DNA of 64,000 bases from Candidatus Altiarchaeales archaeon (GCA_014727915.1 WJMO01000005.1:32001-96000); one strand, 5' to 3'. Counted from the stretch's first letter, positions 29,201-36,981 are shown. Numbers and translations: made by a program. The notes: generated from the letters alone by a model not told the origin.

Positions 29201-29936
29201 ATAGCTCTTCCGAGTCCTCGTATCCGCAGCTGTACGACGGCCACCTGTAGTCTCCCTGAACGGTGTTCGGGTAGGGGTGGCATTCCTCATACCCTACCTT
29301 TGGGACGCAGTCCTCGCCGGTGTCCTCGTCAACATACCAGTATTCGCATGTGTTGGGCACGCATGTGTTGGGGTCGATCATCCTGTACTCGTCGTCCCTC
29401 AGCTCGAAGTATAATCTGGGGCCGGGGCTCGATCCCCTGCAGTAGTCGTCCTCCTGCCCTCCGCCAGCAGTCCCTATGACCTGGCCCATCTTGACCACCT
29501 CATCGTGTTCTGCAGACCTTGACTGCAGGTGCCCGTAGAATGCAGTGTACTTGCCATCCAAGGACTCCAGCTCTATAGCGCATCCCAGATAGTAGTCGAA
29601 GCCGCTCTCGTCAGTCTCGTTGAACCACTTGACTGTCCCGTCGAAGGCTGCGTACACGGGGTCCCCGTCGGCGGCGTACATGTCGAATCCGAAGTGGCCG
29701 TCCTGTACTTCACCCTCTCCCGAGACGCAAAGTGAAAGCAGAGCGCCCTCAGGTGCCTGAGTCGAATCCACAGGCCAGTCCATCTCGTAGGTGTCCCTGC
29801 AGTAGTGGCAGCATTTGTCGTTGAAGGCGTCGTTTTCCTCCTGTGCGGAGGTGCAGAGGCGGGCGGAGACGGTTTGCGAGTGCAAGATCAGAAGCAAAGA
29901 CGCGATTAGAACTGCCCTGCCACTCCACCCTTTCAT
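23211..29936 (-). CDS. giant Cys-rich surface protein with N-terminal M23-family (degenerate) domain and C-terminal TM anchor (2241 aa)
   Basis: Signal peptide; WPVD..HFGFDMYAADGDPVYAAFDGTV..YGHL..VKMGQVIG..GPRLYFEL; about 120 Cys by hand count; C-terminal NLWVLLIAFAAVMSYRFF. Confidence 0.8.
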   Translation of the reverse strand: MKGWSGRAVLIASLLLILHSQTVSARLCTSAQEENDAFNDKCCHYCRDTYEMDWPVDSTQAPEGALLSLCVSGEGEVQDGHFGFDMYAADGDPVYAAFDGTVKWFNETDESGFDYYLGCAIELESLDGKYTAFYGHLQSRSAEHDEVVKMGQVIGTAGGGQEDDYCRGSSPGPRLYFELRDDEYRMIDPNTCVPNTCEYWYVDEDTGEDCVPKVGYEECHPYPNTVQGDYRWPSYSCGYEDSEELYYAEVLVDDKGRLVLDCYEEDGEDICYSEVYDKNLDPLIAGGAPKDLLNCFLRFIRVKNNGEYTCGKIDGDSIDWGADPNCEDLVSAGVATRVRTKHVNYRRLPLLTDPKESTFGDYVLVGGEYQVLGVDDSDYINKLRVFNEEEYHTDYILSRICDSMGETRARGRCKTFNLGPYQKIEETYSELIGIGGFGNCTYAMRDEGKFYDEPGTYISAFEVSRFGANKGLEYYQLMRPSQHIYEIETVGMGLMWWNDDTIERIWGCDNCWSGFSTCSLGSAIASIHYNAGNPFDPTPIAKCGYWEKQADYYGYLDLDDDAAADNPAYHRQDGIYDEKYDFENGLPDETVVQKAVESIITNVTAYFVREIEWKQPPFWMHLYNPGPGGAWTDWEVWIMPCADQSCVEYYCRWATCNRRETLPCPCPNCPPDNTCEVGGVEVTCNVGPAGCDMGEGWVSYDPPEQCQQMFENGDNIDMGGWQCTPYTSDHSQSVASQGYCGYGGVRVVWDENKSAGYNYSHYPPTHFHGRNCNDQLEKYGYVHGAGFFDEYAEYTGTMPGVFPDGDTVRDRYWKRNDSIDEDFYCSRPGYCAFETSSGGECPQAETRDEWDRPGSKRHDPCLACNKHTVCPDLCFNYDLMYYRQFNVDSVWAKVFKIVPELSFLTTDVGYPEDMEPNCAYTLPGRYDCGLLNVHEGPCREDEDCIQGLKCVESYEGGSKFCCPAGTHYIDDCCRFEENELCYQDIEECPEEARGKWLEGMGGVCQTSSDCAHYRIPPEDPQIKYLHCSANNITAHAKGIDRFQEGHCCPSETEWDLTHECCLPTGEAVRFVEMYDTIGVKDQSSGGIEERTWCWMKHDETGQWCEEEEGPCEDDDECLPDTDLICTGNIHSSTPPSSETACCKENWTWTGRDCKPKDVEDQEEWSQTWTRSGDEPVWIYSGAGFMIPNCSEAAGWEATCRGQDSWYEDDRWLFSGGGKPPDGCATGKGPEYCTYCVASEPYRCPESPIWFEARNFGDQYQYGEPLPVCNGDFWGIDATVKPYKSFLNGPDGRTLECISEECNCGRAMRGDWDKEDGIKGCDMAGGGEVDGGCMGCMPGTCNSMEPTTCKRSDVSGGAHQCNVVMSGHGGFTGGKVVDGMPVDPYAVDAAAHIPKSCGRMQRKEVHTYPRNPGQEPFAQMDIMVTEYDENHGVVDVQSFSKAKTSNKLYGKDNLLTEKPPAPASVMHEDKQEVQLSPETRYLNVGLKYSVINEMKRELLVKQCGWQGCSRLEEKVISYRWEQWEEIIVNDITCETEWFVTHNEVYAGDFTPPCCCRGNQPRTPYTQDPIPFQWDNDNPPAHSWCECTYWTTCNGVPIELECYYYHDCRCDYTCWGCWHHDSVNLADYLVTKDKGPCEWEIVYEKMKDYSRIWADDYGDHLRVENPIDSGNSEAVIKVNGTIQHGHEDSSNENWAFAYLNFKAVDEESTRSPGRFVYDLFDGFTLTIEDAYEQYLMMDFTPKKYYPWHDGTALQSTLPQDWKEVTEENARLLDLAKECYKTRLTPPGQEIDLEYETSDPLYVRWTYNPSKKSHFFIDQFSAYGSQYTWKHPLWLVDKGRAECYNYIYEISSNIGLLRNFHEDEPHYYDFAALYWRMQDVERGLDDDNWRVDEWTNVRFLKKSKPIGKAYVRYALYCDSEEWRDVDYQCSSIQDCPPMCNQIADLVCEGGRCDCEYKEEFENLYPIDNETCKDLNKWVLSGLVPCEGVPSKYRNHCAEEEFKAYWLDHFQFRYKWNFGESKCNIEYLKECEPKGIAPQSYTLILDSNSLTEYELGFTDIEVYTPFQSQDFPAFGDAPICPDGAQHGAGSGGLTVRVNKPPPEEFYLESDFNENSRIIKVWPAVLNVCTNQSSEDGYDPYCKHFYIQFQHPYIEYTGWYDLNEEIMFPVDRLITAVITCHDDHGFKRSVPFVDTVPVDKPPEFCDYLMDNLWVLLIAFAAVMSYRFFSGKALDFAKARDEFDGKA

Positions 29937-29965
29937 ATCGAGTAAACTATTAATAATTAATATTA

Positions 29966-31042
29966 TTATAAGCGTTGCTCACCTGTCAGGGCGAAAAAGA
30001 CCGTGGCGTCGGCGAGGCTGTCCTGTGTTATGTAACCCAAAAGTTTGTTCCTGTCCGAGACCAGCACCAGTGTCTTGCCCAACAGCAGCTTCAATGATTC
30101 GTCAACCCTCAGGTCCCCGTCCAAGACAAGGAAGTCCAATCCATCCTCCTCCCCTATCCTGGACTCCGGGTCGACCTTCTTCAATGCTCTGATGTCCAGC
30201 ACACCCCTCATCACACCGTCGGAGTCCACCTTCACATATAGGTTCTCACCCCTTCGGAACGTTGTGTTCAGGAACTCCCTCCACGTAAGCCCATCATTGA
30301 CGTACCTTATGTCCTGGACTGCGATATCCCGCAGCCTAGCCCCCTTCAAAGCCCGTCTAAGGCTGATATACTTCAGCTCGCTCCCGCCCGCCAGGTAGAG
30401 GAGGCCTCCTATGGCAATCCACCATATGTTCCACGATAGCAGTCCCAAGAAGGCTATGGTGAGGAATATGAACTGGCCTACCGCGGTCGCTATCCTCGTC
30501 GCCCGCGTGTAGTCCATCCACAAAGCCAACGTGCTCCTGAACACCCTCCCCCCGTCCATGGGGAACGCTGGCAGCATGTTGAACGCGCCAAGTATGAGAT
30601 TGAGGGAGACGATGATGCTCACGATCCCAGAGAGGCTGTCCATGGCGAAGCTACCATCCACGATGCCCGAGGTCACCTCGTCATATCCTATGAAGTCCAG
30701 GTTCAACGCGAATATCAGTAACAACCCGACTGCAGCCAGCATGAAGTTGAACATTGGGCCCACGACGGCCACCCTCAGCTCGACCACAGGGTCGTCCGGC
30801 AACTCTATGCTCGCGACTCCGCCGATGGGCAGGAGGGTTATCTTCGGCACCTTCACCCCGTGCATCATCGCAGTGAGGGAGTGCACGAGCTCATGAGCCA
30901 GGACGATGGTGAATATCAGAGAGAAGAACAGGAAACCCTGGATGCCCAATCCAACTAGGATGAACATGAACCACACTATGAATAGCAGGTGCAGCTCGAT
31001 GGATATGCCCTTTACCTTGAATATGCTGTAAGACCAGCGCAT
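29966..31042 (-). CDS. site-2 protease (M50) with CBS-like C-terminus
   Basis: HELVH, LLPIGG, GPMFN, FNMLPAFPMDGGR. Confidence 0.93.
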   Translation of the reverse strand: MRWSYSIFKVKGISIELHLLFIVWFMFILVGLGIQGFLFFSLIFTIVLAHELVHSLTAMMHGVKVPKITLLPIGGVASIELPDDPVVELRVAVVGPMFNFMLAAVGLLLIFALNLDFIGYDEVTSGIVDGSFAMDSLSGIVSIIVSLNLILGAFNMLPAFPMDGGRVFRSTLALWMDYTRATRIATAVGQFIFLTIAFLGLLSWNIWWIAIGGLLYLAGGSELKYISLRRALKGARLRDIAVQDIRYVNDGLTWREFLNTTFRRGENLYVKVDSDGVMRGVLDIRALKKVDPESRIGEEDGLDFLVLDGDLRVDESLKLLLGKTLVLVSDRNKLLGYITQDSLADATVFFALTGEQRL

Positions 31043-31049
31043 GTTGCCT

Positions 31050-31538
31050 CTAACCCCTCTGTATGGCGGTCGCTCCGGTTCGGGCGATCTCCTTTATGCC
31101 CAGCGTCCTCATGATGCTCAGGAACGCGTTTATCTTGTTAGTATCTCCGATTATCTCGACAGACAGCGTCTTCGGGCTGACATCCACGATGTTGCCCCTG
31201 AATACGTCAGCGTACTGTATGACCTGAGCCTTCTGCTTCTCAGATGGCGTGTTCACCTTTACGATGCACAGCTCCCTCATAACCGCGTTATCGGGTGATA
31301 TGTCCGTGACCCTTATGACGTTCACGAGCTTGTTCATCTGCTTGTTTATCTGCTCCAGCACACGGTCGTCGCCGCGGGTTACAATGGTCATCCTCGCGAT
31401 GTCCGGATGGTCGGTGGCGCCGACGGTGATGCTCTCTATGTTGAACTTCCGCCTCGCGAACAAAGACGCTATCCTCTGCAGGACTCCCGGCTTATGCTCC
31501 ACCAAAGCAGTGAACACGTGAACTCTCTCCTCGCTCAT
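31050..31538 (-). CDS. ilvN: acetolactate synthase small subunit
   Basis: VEHKPGVLQRIASLFARRKFNIESITVG, EQINKQMNKLVNV, EIARTG. Confidence 0.96.
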   Translation of the reverse strand: MSEERVHVFTALVEHKPGVLQRIASLFARRKFNIESITVGATDHPDIARMTIVTRGDDRVLEQINKQMNKLVNVIRVTDISPDNAVMRELCIVKVNTPSEKQKAQVIQYADVFRGNIVDVSPKTLSVEIIGDTNKINAFLSIMRTLGIKEIARTGATAIQRG

Positions 31539-31603
31539 ACTATGCCCTCCTGACTTGCTAGTATTTATAGACGTTTCTATTATAAAGACTACTTACCTGC
31601 AAA

Positions 31604-32392
31604 ATGGCTGACGGAGACTATCCTGAACCGGGGGAGCTGGTTATCGGCACTGTCAAGAGCATATTCAACCAGGGCGCCTTCATAGACCTGGACGAGTACA
31701 CCGGCCGAAGGGGCATGCTGCACCTGTCCGAGATAAGCCTGAAATGGGTGCGGAACATCCGGGACTACGTGAAAGAGGGGCAGAAGGTTGTTGTGGTAGT
31801 CCTGAGGATAGACCCCAAAAGGGGCCACATCGACCTGTCTCTTCGGAGGGTGAATGACTCCCAGAGGAAGCAGAAGCTGCAGCAGGTAAAGCAGAAGCAG
31901 AGGGCGTTGAAGCTTTTGGAGCTGATGGCGTCGGAGCTGAAGCTGAAGCCAGAATCCGTCACCAAGAAGCTGTCGAACACGCTTTCAGAATATGACTCCC
32001 TCTACTCCGGCCTTGAGGCCATCTCACTGGACGAGAAGGTCGCAGACGGCCTTGACATCCCCGACAAGTGGCGCAAGAAGCTCGTGGAGCTGGTGAAGAA
32101 GAGCATCAAACCACCGGTGGTCGAGGTGACGGGCTTCGTAAAATTGCAGAGCTTCGAGTCCGACGGCGTTGAAATGATAAAATCCTCCCTGCGTGAGATA
32201 CTGAAGCACAAGCCCCGTGACTGCGACATGGAACTAAACTATGTGTCCGCGCCGCTGTACAGGGTGAAGGTCCGGGCCTCCGACTACAAGAAGGCGGAGA
32301 AGGCCATGCGCAAAGCCGTCGACCAGGGCATCTCCTACGTTGAAAGCCACAAGGGCAACGGCGAATTCCACAGGGAGCTGGAGGGGAAATGA
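31604..32392 (+). CDS. eif2a: translation initiation factor 2 subunit alpha
   Basis: YPEPGELVIGTV S1 domain, KWVRNIRD, GHIDLSLRRV, SAPLY. Confidence 0.97.
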   Translation: MADGDYPEPGELVIGTVKSIFNQGAFIDLDEYTGRRGMLHLSEISLKWVRNIRDYVKEGQKVVVVVLRIDPKRGHIDLSLRRVNDSQRKQKLQQVKQKQRALKLLELMASELKLKPESVTKKLSNTLSEYDSLYSGLEAISLDEKVADGLDIPDKWRKKLVELVKKSIKPPVVEVTGFVKLQSFESDGVEMIKSSLREILKHKPRDCDMELNYVSAPLYRVKVRASDYKKAEKAMRKAVDQGISYVESHKGNGEFHRELEGK

Positions 32393-32556
32393 GGATACGA
32401 AAGTGCCCCGAATGCGGAGGGTACACTCTTAAAGAATCATGCGGTAAATGTAACGTTAAATCGTCGCAGGTCGGGCCGGCCAGATACTCTCCAGAGGACC
32501 CGTATGGCTGCTACCGCCGGCAGATGAAGGAGCAGATGGGACATGGAAGAGATTAA
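32389..32556 (+). CDS. nop10: H/ACA RNP protein Nop10
   Basis: Not in the ORF track. My translation: MRIRKCPECGGYTLKESCGKC...PARYSPEDPYGCYRRQMK; canonical position between aIF2-alpha and PAC2. Confidence 0.93.
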   Translation: MRIRKCPECGGYTLKESCGKCNVKSSQVGPARYSPEDPYGCYRRQMKEQMGHGRD

Positions 32557-33310
32557 GATAAACATGATTGAGCGGCCTGAGCTGAAGAAAACCATACTCA
32601 TAGAGGGACTCCCGGGGATAGGCTTGGTCGGCAAGCTCGCGGGCGATCACCTCAAGGACGAGCTTAAGGCAGTTAAGTTCGCAGAGCTGACCTCCACTTA
32701 CCTCCCGCCGCAGGTCAGCATACAGGACGACGGGACGGTGAAGCTCGTCAACATGGAAATGTACTATTGGAAGGGCAAGGAGAACGATATCATACTGCTG
32801 TTGGGCGACTTCCAGGGTTTGACGCCTGAAAGCCAGTATTACATCGCCGACAGGATACTGGACTTCGGCAAAGACTACGATCTCAGGCGTCTTTACACGC
32901 TCGGCGGCTTGGGGACGGGAGCAATAACCCACACTCCAAGGGTTTTCGGTGCTGCCACTTCCAAGAACCTGGTCTCAGAACTGGAAGAATATGGGATAGT
33001 ATTCAAGGGCGGTGGAGCCATATTCGGCGCCAGCGGCCTCCTGCTAGGCCTCTCGATACCGCGGAAAATCGAGGCGGTGTGTCTCATGGGTGAGACACAC
33101 GGGCAGATAATCGACGCCAAATCGGCGGAGGCGGTGCTGCAGATCCTGACCAAGATACTGGGAGTCGAGGTTAACATGAACGAGCTTAAGAAGAAGGCCC
33201 GGCAGACCGAGGACCAGATCAACAAGATGAGCCAGATGATCGACACCCACCGGAAGTCTGTGGAGAGACAGCAGGAACTACTGGACGAGAACCCATTCTA
33301 CATACGCTGA
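32543..33310 (+). CDS. PAC2-family proteasome assembly chaperone
   Basis: LIEGLPGIGLVGKLA, LPPQV, YTLGG, IFGASGLLLG, CLMGETHG. Confidence 0.93.
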   Translation: MEEIKINMIERPELKKTILIEGLPGIGLVGKLAGDHLKDELKAVKFAELTSTYLPPQVSIQDDGTVKLVNMEMYYWKGKENDIILLLGDFQGLTPESQYYIADRILDFGKDYDLRRLYTLGGLGTGAITHTPRVFGAATSKNLVSELEEYGIVFKGGGAIFGASGLLLGLSIPRKIEAVCLMGETHGQIIDAKSAEAVLQILTKILGVEVNMNELKKKARQTEDQINKMSQMIDTHRKSVERQQELLDENPFYIR

Positions 33311-33319
33311 AATAAAATC

Positions 33320-33832
33320 CTATTCGCTCTTGCATATGCATGTGGGCGGGGAGGCGCAGCACCCGCTCCCCGACGGCTTGTAGGTGCATGTCCTGCCGGG
33401 ATCGCAGGAGGCTGCAGCGCAGTTGCTCGGGCTAGGGTTGCGGACCTCACGGCAGGTCAACATTGTGGTGGTTGTTGGATTGGTGGTTGATGTCACAGCG
33501 GGTTGAGTGGCTGAAGGAGCTGCAGTAGACGATGTCACCCCCACCGTTGATGTGGTCACAACATACTTCAGAGTAGTTGATGAAGGCGTCAGTGTAGTCG
33601 TCGGGGTTTCAGCGACATATGCGGTGGTTGATGTTGTATGCTCAACTGTCGTCGCCGTTACCTCAACCGTTGATGTAACTTGCGCGCCCGTGGTTGCAGT
33701 GGGGTTCAAAGTGGTGGAAGGCGGGCTCACCGTCGTCGTTGCCACTCCTGCGTCTCCCCCGATGCACCCGCAGAAGAGCAGCGCCAAAACCACAGCGGAC
33801 GACCTAGCCCCCAAGGTTCCTCTTGACCTCAT
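33320..33832 (-). CDS. Thr-rich putative lipoprotein with small Cys-rich C-terminal module
   Basis: Lipobox-like LFCGC, Thr/Ser stalk, 8 Cys in the last ~45 aa. Confidence 0.7.
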   Translation of the reverse strand: MRSRGTLGARSSAVVLALLFCGCIGGDAGVATTTVSPPSTTLNPTATTGAQVTSTVEVTATTVEHTTSTTAYVAETPTTTLTPSSTTLKYVVTTSTVGVTSSTAAPSATQPAVTSTTNPTTTTMLTCREVRNPSPSNCAAASCDPGRTCTYKPSGSGCCASPPTCICKSE

Positions 33833-34676
33833 CCCATATCCTCTCCACGCTCTTCACCAGCTCACCATCCCCGTATTCTACTATGGTCTTACGCTCGATC
33901 ATAGCCTCCGTGAACGACCTGCTATAGGGTACCATGCCCGCGAATCCTACACCCCTGTCCCCGCAGTACTCCCTTATCTCCGTGGTCTTCCCGGGGTTTA
34001 TGTCGCTCTTGTTGACGCACACCAACGCTTTCACCTTGAAATGGTCCGTGACATCCAGCACTCTCTTCATGTCATGGACTCCGCTGACCGTCGGCTCCGC
34101 CACAACCAGCGCCAGGTCAGCCCCTCCGATGGAGGCGATAACCGGACATCCTATACCTGGGGATCCGTCCAATATGATGAGGCCGACTCCATGCTCCTCC
34201 GCAACCCTCCTGGCATTCTCTCTGACTACGGTCACGAGCTTTCCAGAGGCCTCCTCACCCGGTTTAAGCCGTGCATGGGATAGCATCCCATGCCGTGTGC
34301 TGGAGACAAAAGCCTTGCCAGACGACTTATCCACCATCCTGACCGCGTTGTGGGGGCATACCAGCTTGCACACCCCGCAACCCTCACAGTGCAGGGCATC
34401 GACCTCACAGTCCTTGATAGCGTCGAACCTGCACTTGCTAGTGCACAAACCACAGTTTCTGCACCTTGAAGGGTCTATCTCAGCGGTCTGAAACGCCTTG
34501 AAATCATGCTCCTCCCTCACCTCAGGGTCCAAGAGCAGGTGCAGGTTGCTCGCGTCCACGTCACAGTCTGCCATGACCTTTTCCGCTTCTAGGGAGGCGA
34601 AGGCCCCGACCAGGCTGGTCTTCCCAGTCCCGCCCTTACCGCTCAGTACCGTCACCTGTTTCAACTTCCTCTTCAC
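33804..34676 (-). CDS. MinD-superfamily P-loop ATPase with inserted 2x[4Fe-4S] ferredoxin
   Basis: SGKGGTGKT, DCDVDA.N, CxxCxxC motifs, DGSPGIGCP. Confidence 0.92.
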   Translation of the reverse strand: MKRKLKQVTVLSGKGGTGKTSLVGAFASLEAEKVMADCDVDASNLHLLLDPEVREEHDFKAFQTAEIDPSRCRNCGLCTSKCRFDAIKDCEVDALHCEGCGVCKLVCPHNAVRMVDKSSGKAFVSSTRHGMLSHARLKPGEEASGKLVTVVRENARRVAEEHGVGLIILDGSPGIGCPVIASIGGADLALVVAEPTVSGVHDMKRVLDVTDHFKVKALVCVNKSDINPGKTTEIREYCGDRGVGFAGMVPYSRSFTEAMIERKTIVEYGDGELVKSVERIWDEVKRNLGG

Positions 34677-36150
34677 CTCCCATGATATTCCTCTTGATCT
34701 TCAGGTACAACAGTATCAACGGAACTCCGACCGCGGTCAAACCCATTATGAGCAGCAAGTTCGGTCCTGTGAACACGTCTGATATGGCTGTGCCGAACAG
34801 GAGGAGATAGAAGGCGGGTGTCGCCAGATTCAGGGCGGCCCAAAGCCCGGCGGCCAGCAACCCTATCATCAATGCCAGCTCCCACATTGTGTCCACGTTC
34901 AATATCTCCCTCCTGGTCGTTAGGACTATTAGGGCGGTCGATCCCAGGGCGTACAATAGTATTCCGACAGCGGCTAGTATGTTGTTCAACAGCTCCGGCG
35001 CGAATACGAGTATGACTCCCAGGCAGAGCATCATGTTGCCCGACAGCAGCTTCAGAACCTGCCCCTCCTCTTCCTTGAGCTTCCTGGACCCGAGGGTGTA
35101 TGTGAAGACCCCTACGATGGTCATGAGAGGCAGGACGTATACTGCATTGTAGAGCGCTAGGTACATGTAATATTGCAGGTTGGAGAGGTTGCTCAGGGTG
35201 AGCACCCGCGTGTAGACCATCGGGAACCCTGCCGTGCAGAGGAGCTCATAGCTGTTTGCTGCGATGGCCAATACGGCAGTCCCGAATATCATCGACGGCA
35301 GCTCCGACGCCTTCATGAGATTCCGCATGCGCGTGAACAGCTTGGGCTTGGCCGAGTCCGGAATGCTCAGGGACAGGCCCTCCTGGAGCCAGAAGAAGTC
35401 CTTTATGTTTATCGCGGCGACGGCCAAGGCGATCAAACCAGCAAGCAAGGTTATCCATTTTATCTGCCCTATCATGAGGAAAAGGTTCAGCCACGCGGCC
35501 ATGAAGATGAAGTACACGAACCCGGAGAAGAACACGAATATCCCCCCTATCAGGAGCATCCTCACCCTGGACTTGGCGTGTATAAGCAGGCTCAGCAGGA
35601 AGAACAACACGAAGAACGCGCAGGGGTTGAAGCCGTCCAAGCCTCCGAGTATCACCGTGAACAATGGAAGGGACATGGTTGTCGCGTCGACCTCGCCCAG
35701 AAGTGGAAGCTCGACGGCGGTCTCGTTCCTATCGACTTCAACGCACTGGTCGCATTCGGGGTCGTCGCATGCGTGCGTGCTGTGAAAGCATTCGAGTATC
35801 ATGTCCTCGATCTCCTTCCCCGACGTTGCGTCATCGCGGTAGCCGACCTTCATGTCCCCGCAGATGAATGTGCCCGGGACTCCAGTGGCGGAACCACCGC
35901 ACTCTGATGCCATCTCATAGTAGAGCTTGGCGTTCTCCTCGCTCTCAGAGACCTCATACCTGTAGACCTCAAGCCAGGGGTACTTCTCCTCCAACCGGTC
36001 TAGGAAGGGTTTCTCGTGGGCGCAGTGGGGGCACCCCTTAGAATAGAAGAAGTGAACTATGACTGCAGAGTCACTGTCGGCTTCCTCGGCTCCGCTGGCA
36101 AAGCCGACGGCCAGAGCCAGGAAAACCATTGCAACAAGCAACCTCCTCAT
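34636..36150 (-). CDS. membrane protein with extracytoplasmic thioredoxin domain and CcdA/DsbD-like TM domain
   Basis: Signal peptide, FYSKGCPHC, GVP, DGFNPC and ELLCTAGFP in the TM region. Confidence 0.8.
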   Translation of the reverse strand: MRRLLVAMVFLALAVGFASGAEEADSDSAVIVHFFYSKGCPHCAHEKPFLDRLEEKYPWLEVYRYEVSESEENAKLYYEMASECGGSATGVPGTFICGDMKVGYRDDATSGKEIEDMILECFHSTHACDDPECDQCVEVDRNETAVELPLLGEVDATTMSLPLFTVILGGLDGFNPCAFFVLFFLLSLLIHAKSRVRMLLIGGIFVFFSGFVYFIFMAAWLNLFLMIGQIKWITLLAGLIALAVAAINIKDFFWLQEGLSLSIPDSAKPKLFTRMRNLMKASELPSMIFGTAVLAIAANSYELLCTAGFPMVYTRVLTLSNLSNLQYYMYLALYNAVYVLPLMTIVGVFTYTLGSRKLKEEEGQVLKLLSGNMMLCLGVILVFAPELLNNILAAVGILLYALGSTALIVLTTRREILNVDTMWELALMIGLLAAGLWAALNLATPAFYLLLFGTAISDVFTGPNLLLIMGLTAVGVPLILLYLKIKRNIMGGEEEVETGDGTER

Positions 36151-36980
36151 AGCGCCTCCCTCTTCATTAGGTCAAATAAGCCAATAAATCCCTTCCTATA
36201 CTCGCTCAACTCCCTGGTGAACGGCACACCCCTGGAATAGAGCCTGGCTATCTCGATGTCGTCAGGTATCCGCATCAATACCGGTATGCCCCTGTCCTCG
36301 CAGTATCTGTCCACGCTATCATAGCCTTCACGGTGCCTGTTCACGACAACACCGTGGGGTATGCCCATGACCTCAAGCATTTCAGCCGCGAGCTCAAGGT
36401 CGTTCAACCCGAACGGCGTCGGCTCGGCGACCAGGAGGCAGAAGTCAGACCCTCCAACGGATTCTATCACCGCACACGAAGTTCCGGGGGGGCAGTCCAC
36501 TATCGCATCCTCCCCCCATCTGATCCTCTCCTTAACCTTCCTTATCACGGGAGTTGCCATAGCCTCACCAGTGTTCAGCAAACCATAAGTCAATCCAACA
36601 CCGTCCACTTTCCCCGATAAGACCTCGCCCACGGTCCTCCTGCCCTCCGTTATCGCTCCCCTAGGGCAGGCTAGCATGCAGCCGCCACAACCGTGGCAGA
36701 GAATGTCGAAGGTCATGAATGCATTTTCCACGACCGCTAAAGCGTTGTACCTGCAGAAGTCCGCGCACCGGCCGCAGTAGTCGCACATGCTCTCATCGAC
36801 CACTGGCACCATCACCTCCACAGCCTCACCGGGTCCCAAATCGGGATTCAGGAATATGTGGCAGTTCGGCTCTTCAACGTCGCAGTCCAGGAGATGCACG
36901 TCACCCAAGGCAAGCGCCAGGTTCACTGCAACGGTTGTCTTGCCTGTTCCTCCCTTCCCGCTCGCTACCGAAACGATCAT
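36147..36980 (-). CDS. MinD-superfamily P-loop ATPase with inserted ferredoxin
   Basis: MIVSVASGKGGTGKTT, DCDVEEPN, CDYCGRC, DCPPGTSC. Confidence 0.92.
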   Translation of the reverse strand: MIVSVASGKGGTGKTTVAVNLALALGDVHLLDCDVEEPNCHIFLNPDLGPGEAVEVMVPVVDESMCDYCGRCADFCRYNALAVVENAFMTFDILCHGCGGCMLACPRGAITEGRRTVGEVLSGKVDGVGLTYGLLNTGEAMATPVIRKVKERIRWGEDAIVDCPPGTSCAVIESVGGSDFCLLVAEPTPFGLNDLELAAEMLEVMGIPHGVVVNRHREGYDSVDRYCEDRGIPVLMRIPDDIEIARLYSRGVPFTRELSEYRKGFIGLFDLMKREAL

Positions 36981-36981
36981 G

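Noticed and set aside
18974-29735. Many overlapping alternative-frame ORFs inside the two giant genes
   Set aside because: Expected shadow ORFs in GC-rich coding DNA; no independent motifs.
31050-31538. ilvN without an adjacent ilvB
   Set aside because: Scattered biosynthetic genes are common in archaea; the large subunit may lie outside the window.
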